A stretch of DNA of 61,878 nt, filler included, from Sanchytrium tribonematis (GCA_018985235.1; 6 parts of 6 records of this genome joined end to end with filler, not necessarily neighbours in it); one strand, 5' to 3'; shown: positions 1 through 12,282, numbered from the whole stretch's first letter. Numbers and translations: made by a program. The notes: generated by a model from the letters alone, not told the origin.

Positions 1-174
1 TCAGAAGGGTACATTATCGATGCAACGAAGCTTCAAAATAAGCTGCTACTTAGTGAAAGCGAGAGTGAGAAGGAATCAGAATCAGAAAATGAATTCAGCG
101 ATAACTATAGTATCGATTCTGATGAGATTCCTTTGGCGCTGCATAAAAATAGGCCAACAGACAAAAGCGATTGA
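1..174 (+). CDS. 3' end of an unknown protein with an acidic tail (partial)
   Basis: Frame 1 is open from base 1 to TGA at 172-174: ...SESESEKESESENEFSDNYSIDSDEIPLALHKNRPTDKSD*. Confidence 0.55.
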   Translation, partial: SEGYIIDATKLQNKLLLSESESEKESESENEFSDNYSIDSDEIPLALHKNRPTDKSD

Positions 175-175
175 A

Positions 176-1222
176 TCATAAATTTATTGCCTCATGAATA
201 TCAATGTGGGAAGATGCCTTACTTTTTATATGCTCTATTAGCAAATACGAGTTTCTGAAATCTTGAGCGTCTTCTTTGTATTTGTTCATTATTCTGGCCA
301 ATTTTTCGGACCAAGCTCCTAGATCGCTTGCGCATTTTTCTGCTCCTTTAACGTCTCTCAACCTGAATCCAGTAGACAAGAACAAAAGTAAGCAGCAACA
401 ATAATAAAGTGTTTTACCTTTGAAATATTTGTTTTCGTTATCAATTTTGCTAGAAGTTTTCTCAGAAAGTTCGTAGATGTGTTCAAATATGTTGTATTTC
501 TCCAATGAATGATTATCTTTCGCCATGGAAATCCAAAACAATTTTTTAATGTATTTGATGATTTTAGGTTTTCCGAAGTTCAACGTGGATGCGTTTAACG
601 CAGTGCGATATCCAATAAACATCAACTCTGGGAATACAAAAGTCACATTTTCAATATAATTAAAAATTTGGCTGTCAAAAGATATATACTTCAATTTTTT
701 CTGTATCGTCTCCCCTAAATCATTGCCCAATTTTCCACTATAAATCAAGAGTTCATATATATTTTCATTGCTCAGAAAATCTAACAAATTGTCTTCATAT
801 AAAATAGATTGTAACAATACAAATTGCTGGTAAACAGGAGCTTCGATTTCCTGAGAAATTAGGCCACCGTTTATATCATGTCTATAATAGAAATTACCGT
901 CGGTGTTTTCCTTGTAGACCAGCCACGATGATTCACCACGATCAATTGAAATTTCTAGTTTCTCAATCGCAAAGTTTCTATTGCATATAACATTACGAGC
1001 AAAGTCTTCCAGAGAATAGTCGAAGCCACTTATAGCCAGCTGAAAACGGAGATCAATTGATCTTACATATTCAGTGTCATCAATATCTCGATTTGTCCTC
1101 CTGTTAGGTTTTGGTGGGGTTCGTTCGCGAACTTCTATTTCTTTCCTCGTTTTTTTAGACTTTTCAATTCCGTCGTGACTCTTCTTTATAAATTTAAACA
1201 TTTCTTCGTAATTTCTTTTCAT
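176..1222 (-). CDS. Hypothetical protein
   Basis: Long ORF; first ATG at 1222; no motif recognised. Confidence 0.6.
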   Translation of the reverse strand: MKRNYEEMFKFIKKSHDGIEKSKKTRKEIEVRERTPPKPNRRTNRDIDDTEYVRSIDLRFQLAISGFDYSLEDFARNVICNRNFAIEKLEISIDRGESSWLVYKENTDGNFYYRHDINGGLISQEIEAPVYQQFVLLQSILYEDNLLDFLSNENIYELLIYSGKLGNDLGETIQKKLKYISFDSQIFNYIENVTFVFPELMFIGYRTALNASTLNFGKPKIIKYIKKLFWISMAKDNHSLEKYNIFEHIYELSEKTSSKIDNENKYFKGKTLYYCCCLLLFLSTGFRLRDVKGAEKCASDLGAWSEKLARIMNKYKEDAQDFRNSYLLIEHIKSKASSHIDIHEAINL

Positions 1223-1256
1223 CCTTGAATAAAAATCAGATTGTCGAAACAAGGGT

Positions 1257-3536
1257 TTACTTTTTAAATTTCTTATTTTTCAAATATTGAGCATATCGGT
1301 AGTGCCTTGACCAGCCGGGTAGCTCCCCTCTATCATTATCGACCGTGTAGCTAGATACCAATTCTATTTTATTTCCCACAGAGACATACCTATCAAATAA
1401 CTCTTGATCCTTGACTACTGCAACGAAATCTCCGCTAGAATAGTCAGCCCATAATTTGTAAAAGCCAAATTCCGGATGATCTGTATGAGGATCTAATGAA
1501 CTTATAATTGGGGTTGCGCTGACCATAGAACTACCGATTTTTTTATAATTTGTTACATGTTTCTTGTAAAGATTGAGGTCAGCTGCTGATTCTTTGATTT
1601 CAAATGCTTCATCTGTTTCTGTACGTTTGAATTGAATGAGTTTGCGAGTTTCCTTATCTTTTTTACCTTTTTCAGGCCAATTTGTCTTGTAAAATTTCCA
1701 TTCACTTTCTGCATTAAGCGGTAGTGAGGGATGAGTTTTAAAAAACAAATTTTCAGAATTACCTTCGACAATTTCGAATGGGCTGACATGCCTCGGAAGT
1801 TGATTTATCTTTGAAGTACTCATTTGATTGAATAAAAATTGCTTATCTAAACTGCTAAACCTCGCCGACTTATAAAAAGCGACAAATTGGCGATTTGTAT
1901 TAAATCTTATAATTTTTTCGCCTGAGGTCTCTACAATATTGAAAGATGCTCTTTTATACAATTTTTGATTTTCGAAAAATTTGTAATGCAGCGATTTGTC
2001 AGAAGGCATATCCCATAAATTGTAAGACTGAAATCTGGGAATAAAATAGCCTAAAAATAAGTTGATGGAGTTTTGCTTATCCACATCTGTGAAGGAATTA
2101 CTGTAGTATCGTTTGATGCTTTCGATCACGTCACGCGAATGTGTTTGCCAGTCAGAGGTCTGTCGATATGTATTCACTGTATTCACCAGCTGAGATCCCC
2201 CATATTGCAACGCGATGGTGTCGCCCAGATCATGAAACATTTCCACTAATAATTTGTTGACTGTGCTATCAAAATAAATGTATGGTTTAAAAATAAGACC
2301 TAGTTTATGTAGCTGGTATCCCAATGCAATTTTACCGAGGAAAAATTGTGCCGCGTTAGTCCGATCAAGGCAGTCAATACAGCTTACTCTGGTAATACCA
2401 AATTGCTGGCTCGTTATCTTGAAATTTTCGTAAATGAACATTCCTGTTTCATTGATTGACTTCTCTGACATAGCCTCGAGCATTGAAACAACATCCTGGC
2501 CGTTTTTATTGGCTCGCGAAAGATCAAAATGTGTATATTTTATATAGTCAGATTTCAAAATATCATTAATGTATTCAATAAAAGTTTCAAATTCAGTACT
2601 AAGCAAAGATTCTCTTGGAGAGCGCTCTTTAGATTTGACTAGATTCCATACTAAAATCTTCTTTCCATATCTTTTAAACATATGTTCAAAATGCTTACAA
2701 CTCGCCCGATAGAATGGATCCAATTTAACCATTCTAATATCTGGCTTTGGAGCAAACAAGTTCTCTTGGGTCCAGAATAGAGGAATACTTCCCCTATGAA
2801 CTACAAAGCTACTTAATGTGGGAGGATTAGGATTGGGAACAATGTGAGTACCATCTATGACTATTTGTTCCGTTTCTACTTCATTTGCTACATCTCCTTC
2901 ATTTGTTATACCTCGCTTCAAAAAGCGAGTACCAGCAAATTTTTTTGAACGCCTTCCAATAAGAACAACAAACACGCAATTTCCGAAGACATCAATCTTA
3001 GAAGAGTCTACAAAACCATAAATTACTTTGGTGTAAAAGCTGTCATTCATTCCATTTACTTCTTGTAGAAGAAATTGATTCCATACAAACATGCTATTCC
3101 AAGTTTTGGAGACTGGCGGGTAGTAAGCACTGTCGTGAGCATTCAGAATATTAAATTGTAACGTATTTGACAAATTGTAACTGTATGAAAAGTAAAAGTT
3201 TTTGTTTAGATTGACATCATTAAATATGGAAAGGTATCTGTTTTCGTCATAATCTCCTTCTGTCGACGATAAGGAAATTACTTGGGTATCTTGAATATGA
3301 TAGATATAGTGCTGTCCAATAATAGCAACTGGTATTACTGAAGTTATAAGTATCATATAATAGCCTTTTGTGAATCGAATAAATCCTAGTATCCCATGAA
3401 ATGCTTTTGATTTGATACCTTGCGGTTCTTCCACTATTTCTATGTCCAAATTTTTATCATTCCGTTTAACTTTTATAACTTTTTGAGTGTTTTGAAGATA
3501 ATAGGCTTCTTTTGATTCATGTAACAGATATTTCAT
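1257..3536 (-). CDS. FIG4: SAC-domain PI(3,5)P2 5-phosphatase (Fig4/Sac3)
   Basis: GRRSKKFAGTRFLKRG, VANEVETEQ, HRGSIPLFWTQ, catalytic CX5RT motif in RVSCIDCLDRTN, GDTIALQYGGSQLVNT, KRYYSNSFTD. Confidence 0.92.
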   Translation of the reverse strand: MKYLLHESKEAYYLQNTQKVIKVKRNDKNLDIEIVEEPQGIKSKAFHGILGFIRFTKGYYMILITSVIPVAIIGQHYIYHIQDTQVISLSSTEGDYDENRYLSIFNDVNLNKNFYFSYSYNLSNTLQFNILNAHDSAYYPPVSKTWNSMFVWNQFLLQEVNGMNDSFYTKVIYGFVDSSKIDVFGNCVFVVLIGRRSKKFAGTRFLKRGITNEGDVANEVETEQIVIDGTHIVPNPNPPTLSSFVVHRGSIPLFWTQENLFAPKPDIRMVKLDPFYRASCKHFEHMFKRYGKKILVWNLVKSKERSPRESLLSTEFETFIEYINDILKSDYIKYTHFDLSRANKNGQDVVSMLEAMSEKSINETGMFIYENFKITSQQFGITRVSCIDCLDRTNAAQFFLGKIALGYQLHKLGLIFKPYIYFDSTVNKLLVEMFHDLGDTIALQYGGSQLVNTVNTYRQTSDWQTHSRDVIESIKRYYSNSFTDVDKQNSINLFLGYFIPRFQSYNLWDMPSDKSLHYKFFENQKLYKRASFNIVETSGEKIIRFNTNRQFVAFYKSARFSSLDKQFLFNQMSTSKINQLPRHVSPFEIVEGNSENLFFKTHPSLPLNAESEWKFYKTNWPEKGKKDKETRKLIQFKRTETDEAFEIKESAADLNLYKKHVTNYKKIGSSMVSATPIISSLDPHTDHPEFGFYKLWADYSSGDFVAVVKDQELFDRYVSVGNKIELVSSYTVDNDRGELPGWSRHYRYAQYLKNKKFKK

Positions 3537-3556
3537 GAAGGAGAAACGAAAATTTA

Positions 3557-4742
<1,186 letters not shown>

Positions 4743-5075
4743 TCAGAATAGAGGCAAAGATCGTATTTATAGAACGTCGAATTATATCTAGCACCAATCA
4801 AACAGCCTCAAAAACAAAGAGCTGTGGTTTAATTTTGCCAACATGTTTTATTGATTTGATTGAACTTTTTTAGCCAAATCTAATTGGAAAGCGTACAATT
4901 TTATGGCATCTTTGGAGGGGTTTTCATCTGATTTTAATTTTGAATAAATTAGACTCTCAAGGCTGATTTTCTGTTCTATCAATCTTTTTTCCACCGAGAG
5001 CCGCAATTCAATGTCCATTGACCTGCCATTTCCGTGAAACTTTTGATGTTTTTCAGCAGCAGTTTGGATCCGAAA

Positions 5076-6060
5076 ATGCCATATGGTGATCTCTTACTGC
5101 CTCAATATGACCAATCTACTTATATGGGAAGATTAAAACACTTTTTGCAAATAACTTCGCCTTTAAATTTATTAGCATCGGACTCTCAATTAGAGTATGC
5201 AAAAATGAAAGTTATAGAATACCAAGATGGCAAAATAGATCAGACAATATCCAAAGAGGATTATTGGAAGTATGCAAATTTATACAAGGCCACATATCAT
5301 CCAGATACGAATGAAAAGATATTTCTCCCATTTCGAATGGTATCCTAGTCTGATGTAGTCTAGCTATGTCCCAACAAATATTCCGGTTGTTGCATTAATG
5401 CTTATCCCAAATATGAGTACTCTCGGAATCGTGTTATCACAATGGCTAAATCAAAGCGCTAATGTTGGTTTTAATTACTTCAATTCTAACAAGTCGTCAC
5501 CATTGACAACAAAAGATATAGTGGTAGGATATACTGGTGCAGTTGGAGTGAGCTGCGCCATCGCAATAGGAATGAATTCCTTAAAGAATAGTGGTAGATT
5601 GCCAAAAGCTCTGGGACCTTACATCACATTTTTTGCAGTATCTATAGCTTCTACTAGCAATTTGCTGCTTATGAGGCAGAAAGAATTGCTTAATGGTATC
5701 AAGGTCTTCGATAGTGAAGATAAAGAGGTAGGGACATCTAGAATCGCTGCAAAATATGCTATTGGTCAAACCGCGGTGTCTAGACTATTGAGCTCCGTTC
5801 CAGCCTTAGTTGTTCCTCCTACGGTTGTCAATTACATGATAAAAAATCAAGTTTTTAGTATGCACAAAGCGACTCTTAGTCGAACTATGTTTGTGAATTG
5901 TACCCTAGTTGGTTTGTCTTTTTTGACAGGGCTTCCAGTCTGCTTGGCGCTTTTTGATCAAAACGTTCAATTAGATCCATCAACACTAGAAACGCACATC
6001 TCCAAAAGTTTTCAAGAGTTGAAATCTACTGGTTCTGTCAATTTTAATCGTGGATTGTAG
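5076..6060 (+). CDS. FSF1: Sideroflexin (mitochondrial carrier, Fsf1/SFXN), 2 exons
   Basis: YDQSTYMGRLKHF, HPDTNEKIFLPFRM|SSYVPTN across the intron, QWLNQSANVGFNY, C-terminal FNRGL. Confidence 0.92.
5340..5358 (+). other. 19-nt spliceosomal intron
   Basis: GTATCCTAGTCTGATGTAG; removal puts 5359 in frame with the ATG at 5398. Confidence 0.92.
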
Positions 6061-6213
6061 AAATAAAATAAATTTTCAAACATGGAATTTCAAATTTCAT
6101 TCACTTCGACATTCAATCCTTTAAATGGAATGTTTATTCCTCCGTCAAAAATAGACCGCAAGTCATTGCGTGTAAGCGATACCGCTATGCCTAATGCGAT
6201 GCTGAACGACAAA

Positions 6214-6313
6214 NNNNNNNNNNNNNNNNNNNNNNNNNNNNNNNNNNNNNNNNNNNNTTAATTAATTAANNNNNNNNNNNNNNNNNNNNNNNNNNNNNNN
6301 NNNNNNNNNNNNN
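6214..6313. other. Artificial contig linker (N44-TTAATTAATTAA-N44)
   Basis: 100-nt spacer with stops in all six frames. Confidence 0.97.
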
Positions 6314-6668
6314 TGCAAAGCTTTATTTAAACACTAATAAAAGAATTACAGTAACAATAATGAAGAGTCATCGAACATTATTCAGACTGGCAGGAAACTT
6401 AATACGACCCTGACATTACTAAGAACAAATAAAATCAATTTTTCTGAAATTGGTTACATTTACTGAATTGCTCCAGTTGCCTACAACACGACGTGGGGCT
6501 AAGTTTTGAATATGGCCACGCCAATAAATCTGTTGCAAGGCTCAAGAGATTGATTCCTTGCATATTAATTTGCAAGCTTCTCAAACGAATCTGATTCAAG
6601 CAATCCCAATTTCAAGGAGATGCAAGACTGGCAAACTTAATATCTACACCGATAGCAGTTTGTGGGCA

Positions 6669-7451
6669 ATGTTCATCTCTACTGTTTTTGCTGCTTCAAA
6701 TAGCGGTATTGTTGCAGCGACAAACACATTTAGATATCAAGTTGGGAAATCCGGATTTGCAGAGAATGCGTATTTAGATGCATGCTCTTCTGCATTCGCT
6801 AGAACCCTAAGCGCGACTCGAATCTTCAGCCACGATCAACCAGGACAGTCTTATGGGCAACGAATGGCGAGATATGGATTGGGTGATTGCGCAGAAAATA
6901 TAGAAATGAACCCAAATACAGACGACAAAGCAATTGTACAAGATTGGATCAACTCGCCAGGGCACAGAGAAAATATGGAGGGTGATTACAATTATGTTGG
7001 GATTGGTATAAGTGGAAATTATTTCGTAGCGTTGTACTGTAAAAGCGCACCAGGTGGCGGATCAATAACTGCTTTACCATCAAGCTTCAATCAAGCTACC
7101 AATTTATTCAAATCTGCTGGATTATCTTCTCCAGTACAACCGGCTCCAAAAGCTCCTGCAAAGACAATTACAGCATCTGCAGCTCCACCCAAACCAGCCC
7201 CTCCAGCTGCATCGTCGAAACCTATCCCTTCCGTGACCCCACCAAAGCCTGTTTATACACCTTCATCTCCACCAAAGCCTGTTTATACACAAGTCGTTGC
7301 TCCAATTACAGCTCCGAAATATGTGTCACCAACAGAATCCAAATACAATAGTCGTCCACTACCACAGCATACAGAGACTACTCCAGCACAATATTCATCA
7401 TCTTCAAGTTTTCCGTTAATGCTCTGGACATTGTTCATTGCATTTCATTGA
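6669..7451 (+). CDS. Secreted CAP/SCP-domain protein with Pro/Ser/Thr stalk and probable GPI signal
   Basis: FSHDQPG..RMARYG, AENI, WINSPGHRENM, VGIG; Pro-rich tail; hydrophobic C-terminus; ATG at 6669 gives MFISTVFA. Confidence 0.85.
   Translation: MFISTVFAASNSGIVAATNTFRYQVGKSGFAENAYLDACSSAFARTLSATRIFSHDQPGQSYGQRMARYGLGDCAENIEMNPNTDDKAIVQDWINSPGHRENMEGDYNYVGIGISGNYFVALYCKSAPGGGSITALPSSFNQATNLFKSAGLSSPVQPAPKAPAKTITASAAPPKPAPPAASSKPIPSVTPPKPVYTPSSPPKPVYTQVVAPITAPKYVSPTESKYNSRPLPQHTETTPAQYSSSSSFPLMLWTLFIAFH
7239..7290 (+). repeat. Coding direct repeat, 22 nt x2 with a 30-nt period (PPKPVYT)
   Basis: ccaccaaagcctgtttatacac at 7239-7260 and 7269-7290. Confidence 0.85.
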
Positions 7452-7518
7452 TTCAAATAAATTGATTTTCACCCAATCACCATCATTTATAATTCTTGTA
7501 GCCCAAATTTGACAAAAA

Positions 7519-7791
7519 ATGTCTATCAAAATGCGTTTGAGTTTACTAGATCGGCAATTAAAGTCCATTCAAGATGAGTTGATGCAATTTAACAAGGATA
7601 TTGCGCATTTTCAGTCAGCAGTCTTTCATCACAATCAAATGATTATAGATTCTTCGGAGCAATGCGATAAATTGCGCATCTACTTGGCTGAAATAGAATA
7701 CGCCGATGCATTCGCCAATGACATCCAAGTGCCCCTATCAGTTTTAATGCTCGTAATTTGTATTCTATGGGCTGTGAAAAATATTCTATAA
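7519..7791 (+). CDS. Small tail-anchored coiled-coil protein (possibly SNARE-like)
   Basis: Heptad-like N-terminal region plus a C-terminal hydrophobic helix LSVLMLVICILWAV. Confidence 0.45.
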   Translation: MSIKMRLSLLDRQLKSIQDELMQFNKDIAHFQSAVFHHNQMIIDSSEQCDKLRIYLAEIEYADAFANDIQVPLSVLMLVICILWAVKNIL

Positions 7792-7828
7792 GGGGTATTT
7801 TTGAAACCATCTTTTTTCTGACTTCAAA

Positions 7829-8095
7829 ATGGATCGAAAAGCAGTCATAAAAAATGCAGATATGAGTGATGAAATGCAACAAGATGCTATTGATTGTGCT
7901 AATAATGCCATGGAAAAGTATAATATTGAAAAGGACATTGCTGCATTCATTAAACGTGAATTTGACAAAAAATATGGTCCAACATGGCACTGCATCGTAG
8001 GTAGAAACTTTGGAAGCTATGTTACCCATGAAACTAAACATTTCATCTACTTTTACTTGGGACAAATCGCTATATTATTGTTCAAGTCTGGCTAG
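7829..8095 (+). CDS. DYN2: Dynein light chain LC8
   Basis: Near-identical to LC8: [17 protein letters not shown]...[40 protein letters not shown]. Confidence 0.97.
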   Translation: MDRKAVIKNADMSDEMQQDAIDCANNAMEKYNIEKDIAAFIKREFDKKYGPTWHCIVGRNFGSYVTHETKHFIYFYLGQIAILLFKSG

Positions 8096-8139
8096 AAATA
8101 AATTGAATTTGAAATGACTTTTTTGTGGCTTGACTCTTT

Positions 8140-10183
8140 ATGTTTGATGACTTGGGAGAGAAAATATTTGGATCTCATCCAGATTTGAATGATCTTACTA
8201 AAGAAGAGTTAGAACGCGTCAATGCGTACTTGACGAAAGCAAGAAAATATAAATCACGATTTCAGGGGACTTTTCAAATTCAGTGGATGGATGAGATGTT
8301 AATACACACTGGTCCATTCATTATTGCGGATTATAAGCTGGTATTCTTTGTCGACTATGATTATATATTAGATTTAAAGGAATTGACTCAAACACGTAAA
8401 AATATGGTTTTTGTCCTTCGTAGCTGTAAACACCCGCTCTTCCCAGTCAAAATTAGTGATTTAGAAATAGAAATTACTTTTATGAGTGAAGAACACGTTC
8501 AAAGATTCCAAAGAACCATGTTTAATATCAAAAGAGACGTTGAAGAGTTTAGAAAAAATGTCATTACATATAATGCTGCTAGTATATTACAAGCTACATG
8601 GCGCATGAGGCAATCAAGAAGAGATTACATTAAATATAGAAATGCTGTAATATTTATTCAAACGGCTTTTAGACGGAGGAAACACCGATTAAATGACAAA
8701 TTTCAAACCAAATTACGTCAAATTGGCAAATTGCATCCAAAAAGATCTATGATACTTCAAGAATTATACGATACAGAATTAAATTATCTAATTACACTAA
8801 ACACGTGCATCAATGTAGTTTATAAACCATTATTAGCCATATTTGATAATAAAAACCATGTAGAAATCCCAACATCAATGATACAGAGTATATTCTCTAA
8901 TATGGAAGAGATTTATGCCACCCATTGTTATTTTTTAGATCATTTACGTACCTGTTTAGGATACAAGCAAGTATTAAAAACTGAGAGATATACCAAATTG
9001 CCACCGTTTCTGGATATAGAGCAATTTCATTATCAAAAATGGGGACTAGAACCAGGTAGGAAAGTAGCAGAATCGATTCAATGCTTCTCTCTACAAGCAG
9101 AAGTTCCCTATATTCTGTATTGCGTAAAATATGATGAAGCCAAAAAGATCTTTGTAAAGTGTAAAAAGAACCCTGATTTTTTAAAATTTCTAGAAAGCCT
9201 CCAGCATGTCAAATCACTAAAGCGGCAGGATGTAGAATCTCTCTTAATTTCACCAATTCAAAGAATTCCACGATATGAATTGTTATTAAAGGATTTAATA
9301 AAAAATACATGGGATACCCATCCTGACTATGAATTTCTAGTGGAAGCACTTGCTAGTATATCAAAATGTGCAAAAAATATAAATAGAGCCAAATCTTACA
9401 AGGAGAGTGAAGATCAAATTAAACAGCTCAAAGTGAAAATACGAAGTTCTTCAATGGTATATCTCACTTATTTAGCATGGTAATCAAAGAATGTATATTG
9501 GAGAAGGTAAATTAAACTATTCTCACCATAATAATCCCATGAGATCCGTCTATGTTTTTGCATTAAGTGATCAAATATTGATTACAGATTTAAGAGAAAG
9601 CAAGTTGCAACAAAAGAAGTTTAAATTTATAGAAAATATATCCCTAGAAAGTGCTCAATTAGAAGCTAGCCCAGAAGATGCAAAACGACTCAAAAATTAC
9701 ATATTTAAAATCAAAGTCAAAAATACATCCAGTTTAGATCCAATCATTTATTCCTTTCAATGTGAGACACTAGAAGCATATACAAAGTGGATAGGTGATA
9801 TTTCAGAGGCAGTTGGGTGTTGTATTACTAAAAGTGATAATAAAATGGGGGATATTTCAGAATTACTTTCATGGACTGAAGATGAATTGGGATTTTCTGT
9901 AGAAATGACTAGAAATAGAACACCAAGTGGTTTGAATACAAAATCAATTCGATCATTAGAAGAAGATACACCTAGTATGAATAGAGGCAGTAGCTCTAAT
10001 TCGAAGATTTCATTAGATGGCAGCAAACAATCTTTGGATCGCAAATCCTCTCACTCCATTCCTGCTTCTCCAATATCTCCACTTAGAATAGGTTCTAAAT
10101 TTAGCATTGAAGAAGATGACCATTCTCAAAAGAAGCCGGAAAGACTACAAAAGAAGAGACCCTCAAAAGCGTCAATAAATTGA
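8140..10183 (+). CDS. IQ-motif RhoGEF (DH-PH), 2 exons
   Basis: IQ motifs (LQATWRMRQSR, IQTAFRRRK); DH motifs QELYDTELNY and LISPIQRIPRYELLLKDL; PH domain follows intron 9457-9475. Confidence 0.88.
9457..9475 (+). other. 19-nt spliceosomal intron
   Basis: GTATATCTCACTTATTTAG; joins the DH exon in frame to the PH exon (HGNQRMYIGEG). Confidence 0.9.
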
Positions 10184-10206
10184 TTTTTCAGGTGGCTTGA
10201 TTTAAA

Positions 10207-11292
10207 ATGGAGTTGATGATCAATGAATTAGTAATGAGTAGAATTATAGAGCGTAAATCGAATGATTTGATTTCTCAGGAAGAAGTACAGGATTTGACAT
10301 TTAAAATTGACGCGTATTGTAAATCTAAAAATATCAAAGTTTTGAGTTACTCAGATTTTAAACAACTTCAAGGCTCATTAGATAAGAGATATCGCAAATT
10401 CTTTAAAGCAAATGTATTCCTAAGGTTATCTGACGATAGATATTTAAATATTAATCGATTTTCATCATTTATCGTTAGAAAAGAGAGTTTATACGAAGCA
10501 CGACTCGCATTTGCTTGTTATGACTCAACGTATACTCAATCATTGACTATTGCTGATTTGAAAGGATATTTAATGGACCAAATTAAAGATATTCCCGAGT
10601 TTGATGCGTTATCAAGTGATTTACAAGAAATTTATTTACAAGTTGCTTGCAAAAAGTTCTTGATTTTATTGGGTACAGATCATCATAGACGTATTAGAAT
10701 ACAAGATATGTTACTTAGTCAAATATTAACTGAATTCCTTGAAGTTAGAGAAAATTATGATTCAAGTGACAAAAAATGGGAACAGGGCAACTTTTTCGCT
10801 ATCAGCACCGTCATGAAGATGTATAACAAATTCAAAAGTTTGGATGGGACTCAGAAGCAGTCCCTAAATGCAGCTGAGCTATTCAAATATGGTACATTCA
10901 ATGCATTATTTTTGGAAAGATATTGCGAAGAATATGGACATCATTCTCGTTTAAATTTTGACAAATTCACCGAATTAATACTAATTCATGAAAATTATAG
11001 TAATCCGCATATCATTCATTCTTGTTTTGAGACATTTGATGTAAATAAGCAAGGTTATATTGGAGCAGAAGAAGTCAAATATTTTCTAGACCCTATCGTC
11101 AAGAAATTAAATAACCAATTATCTGACAAATTAGATACTGCCACTGTTACAAATGAATTGATGGATGCTTTACTTGTCAAAGGATTTATTAGAAAAAAAG
11201 ATTTCAAATTGAAATTTGGAAGTATCTTGTTAAAAATATTATGTACAAAAGGGGGACTAGTTGAATATTATAACAGCTTCGCCTCAAGTTAA
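10207..11292 (+). CDS. PP2A regulatory subunit B''-gamma-like EF-hand protein (PPP2R3C/TON2 family)
   Basis: FFKANVFLRL, FIVRKESLYEARLAFACYD, ACKKFLILL...RIRIQDMLLS and FETFDVNKQGYI align by eye with PPP2R3C. Confidence 0.75.
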   Translation: MELMINELVMSRIIERKSNDLISQEEVQDLTFKIDAYCKSKNIKVLSYSDFKQLQGSLDKRYRKFFKANVFLRLSDDRYLNINRFSSFIVRKESLYEARLAFACYDSTYTQSLTIADLKGYLMDQIKDIPEFDALSSDLQEIYLQVACKKFLILLGTDHHRRIRIQDMLLSQILTEFLEVRENYDSSDKKWEQGNFFAISTVMKMYNKFKSLDGTQKQSLNAAELFKYGTFNALFLERYCEEYGHHSRLNFDKFTELILIHENYSNPHIIHSCFETFDVNKQGYIGAEEVKYFLDPIVKKLNNQLSDKLDTATVTNELMDALLVKGFIRKKDFKLKFGSILLKILCTKGGLVEYYNSFASS

Positions 11293-11447
11293 TAAATATT
11301 GTGCCTGATTGAATTTGAAATTTCCTATCTTTCCAATCAAAACTTGACATTAAATGACAAACTCATTAAAATCATTTAGATTAACCAATCTCAGACTTCT
11401 TGATTCCTAACTGCAAATACATAAGTCAGAAGTGTGAACAGTATACA

Positions 11448-12278
11448 ATGATCCAAATTCTCGGAATACAAGCTCGAAAATGTGTAAAAACTGCCAGTCA
11501 ACCCAACCCAGTCTCAAGTTACACCAATTCTGACTATCCAGATTACAAATTGGTTTTTCAAGATGATTTCAAATCTTTAAATGCATCCGCTTGGCAAAGT
11601 GTATCCGAAGCAAACAGAGGAAATAGTTACTTTTTACCATTTGGTGGGTTCCCAAATGACAATGTGTGTTATGTTGATGAAGCCATCACTACAAATGGAA
11701 AATTGACAATTACAGCATCAAAAACACCTAGTAGTGACCCAATTTGCAACAATAAACCAATGTCTAGTGGCAGATTGACATCATTTGGAAAATTAGCTGT
11801 AAAACCAGGTAGCATTGTAGAAGCAAGCATTAAAACCACTTCTAAATCTGATTATTTCAGTGCATTTTGGATGTTACCCAATATTCCAAATTGGAATTGG
11901 CCATCTGATGGTGAAATTGATATTATGGAATTATTTGATACAACCACAACTGAAATTAGAGGCACGCTTCATATGGATAAAAGCAAGCAAGATTGTTATA
12001 AATTTAGTAGCACATCTACAACGGAACCAATTGGCAGTCAATTTCATACATTTACTGCTATTATCGATACAGAATCAGTTGAAATGAAGATGGATGGAAA
12101 TACGTATTTAAAATATAGTAAAAATGACTTGTGTGAGGAATGTGGTGGCTCATCGAATTGGCCAATTGATCATATCCCATCTTGGTTTGTGATATTCAAT
12201 GTGAATGCACCCAATAAACTGCCTCAAGAATCATCTGATACCATGTTGGTGGACTGGTTACGAATTTACGAAAAATAA
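11448..12278 (+). CDS. Secreted GH16 beta-1,3-glucanase (laminarinase-like)
   Basis: LVFQDDF, SSGRLTS, SAFWML, WPSDGEIDIMEL (EIDIME catalytic motif), MLVDWLRIY. Confidence 0.9.
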   Translation: MIQILGIQARKCVKTASQPNPVSSYTNSDYPDYKLVFQDDFKSLNASAWQSVSEANRGNSYFLPFGGFPNDNVCYVDEAITTNGKLTITASKTPSSDPICNNKPMSSGRLTSFGKLAVKPGSIVEASIKTTSKSDYFSAFWMLPNIPNWNWPSDGEIDIMELFDTTTTEIRGTLHMDKSKQDCYKFSSTSTTEPIGSQFHTFTAIIDTESVEMKMDGNTYLKYSKNDLCEECGGSSNWPIDHIPSWFVIFNVNAPNKLPQESSDTMLVDWLRIYEK

Positions 12279-12282
12279 AACA

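Noticed and set aside
6082..6213. Possible gene start (MEFQISF...) running into the linker
   Set aside because: Only 44 codons and no recognisable motif; cannot be supported.
7643..8065. 140-aa antisense ORF over LC8, and similar shadow ORFs (27422-27841, 45530-46108, 48649-49092, 52626-53015, 58348-58794, 61416-61876)
   Set aside because: They lie antisense to well-supported genes, have no recognisable motifs, and show the composition expected of reverse-complemented coding sequence.
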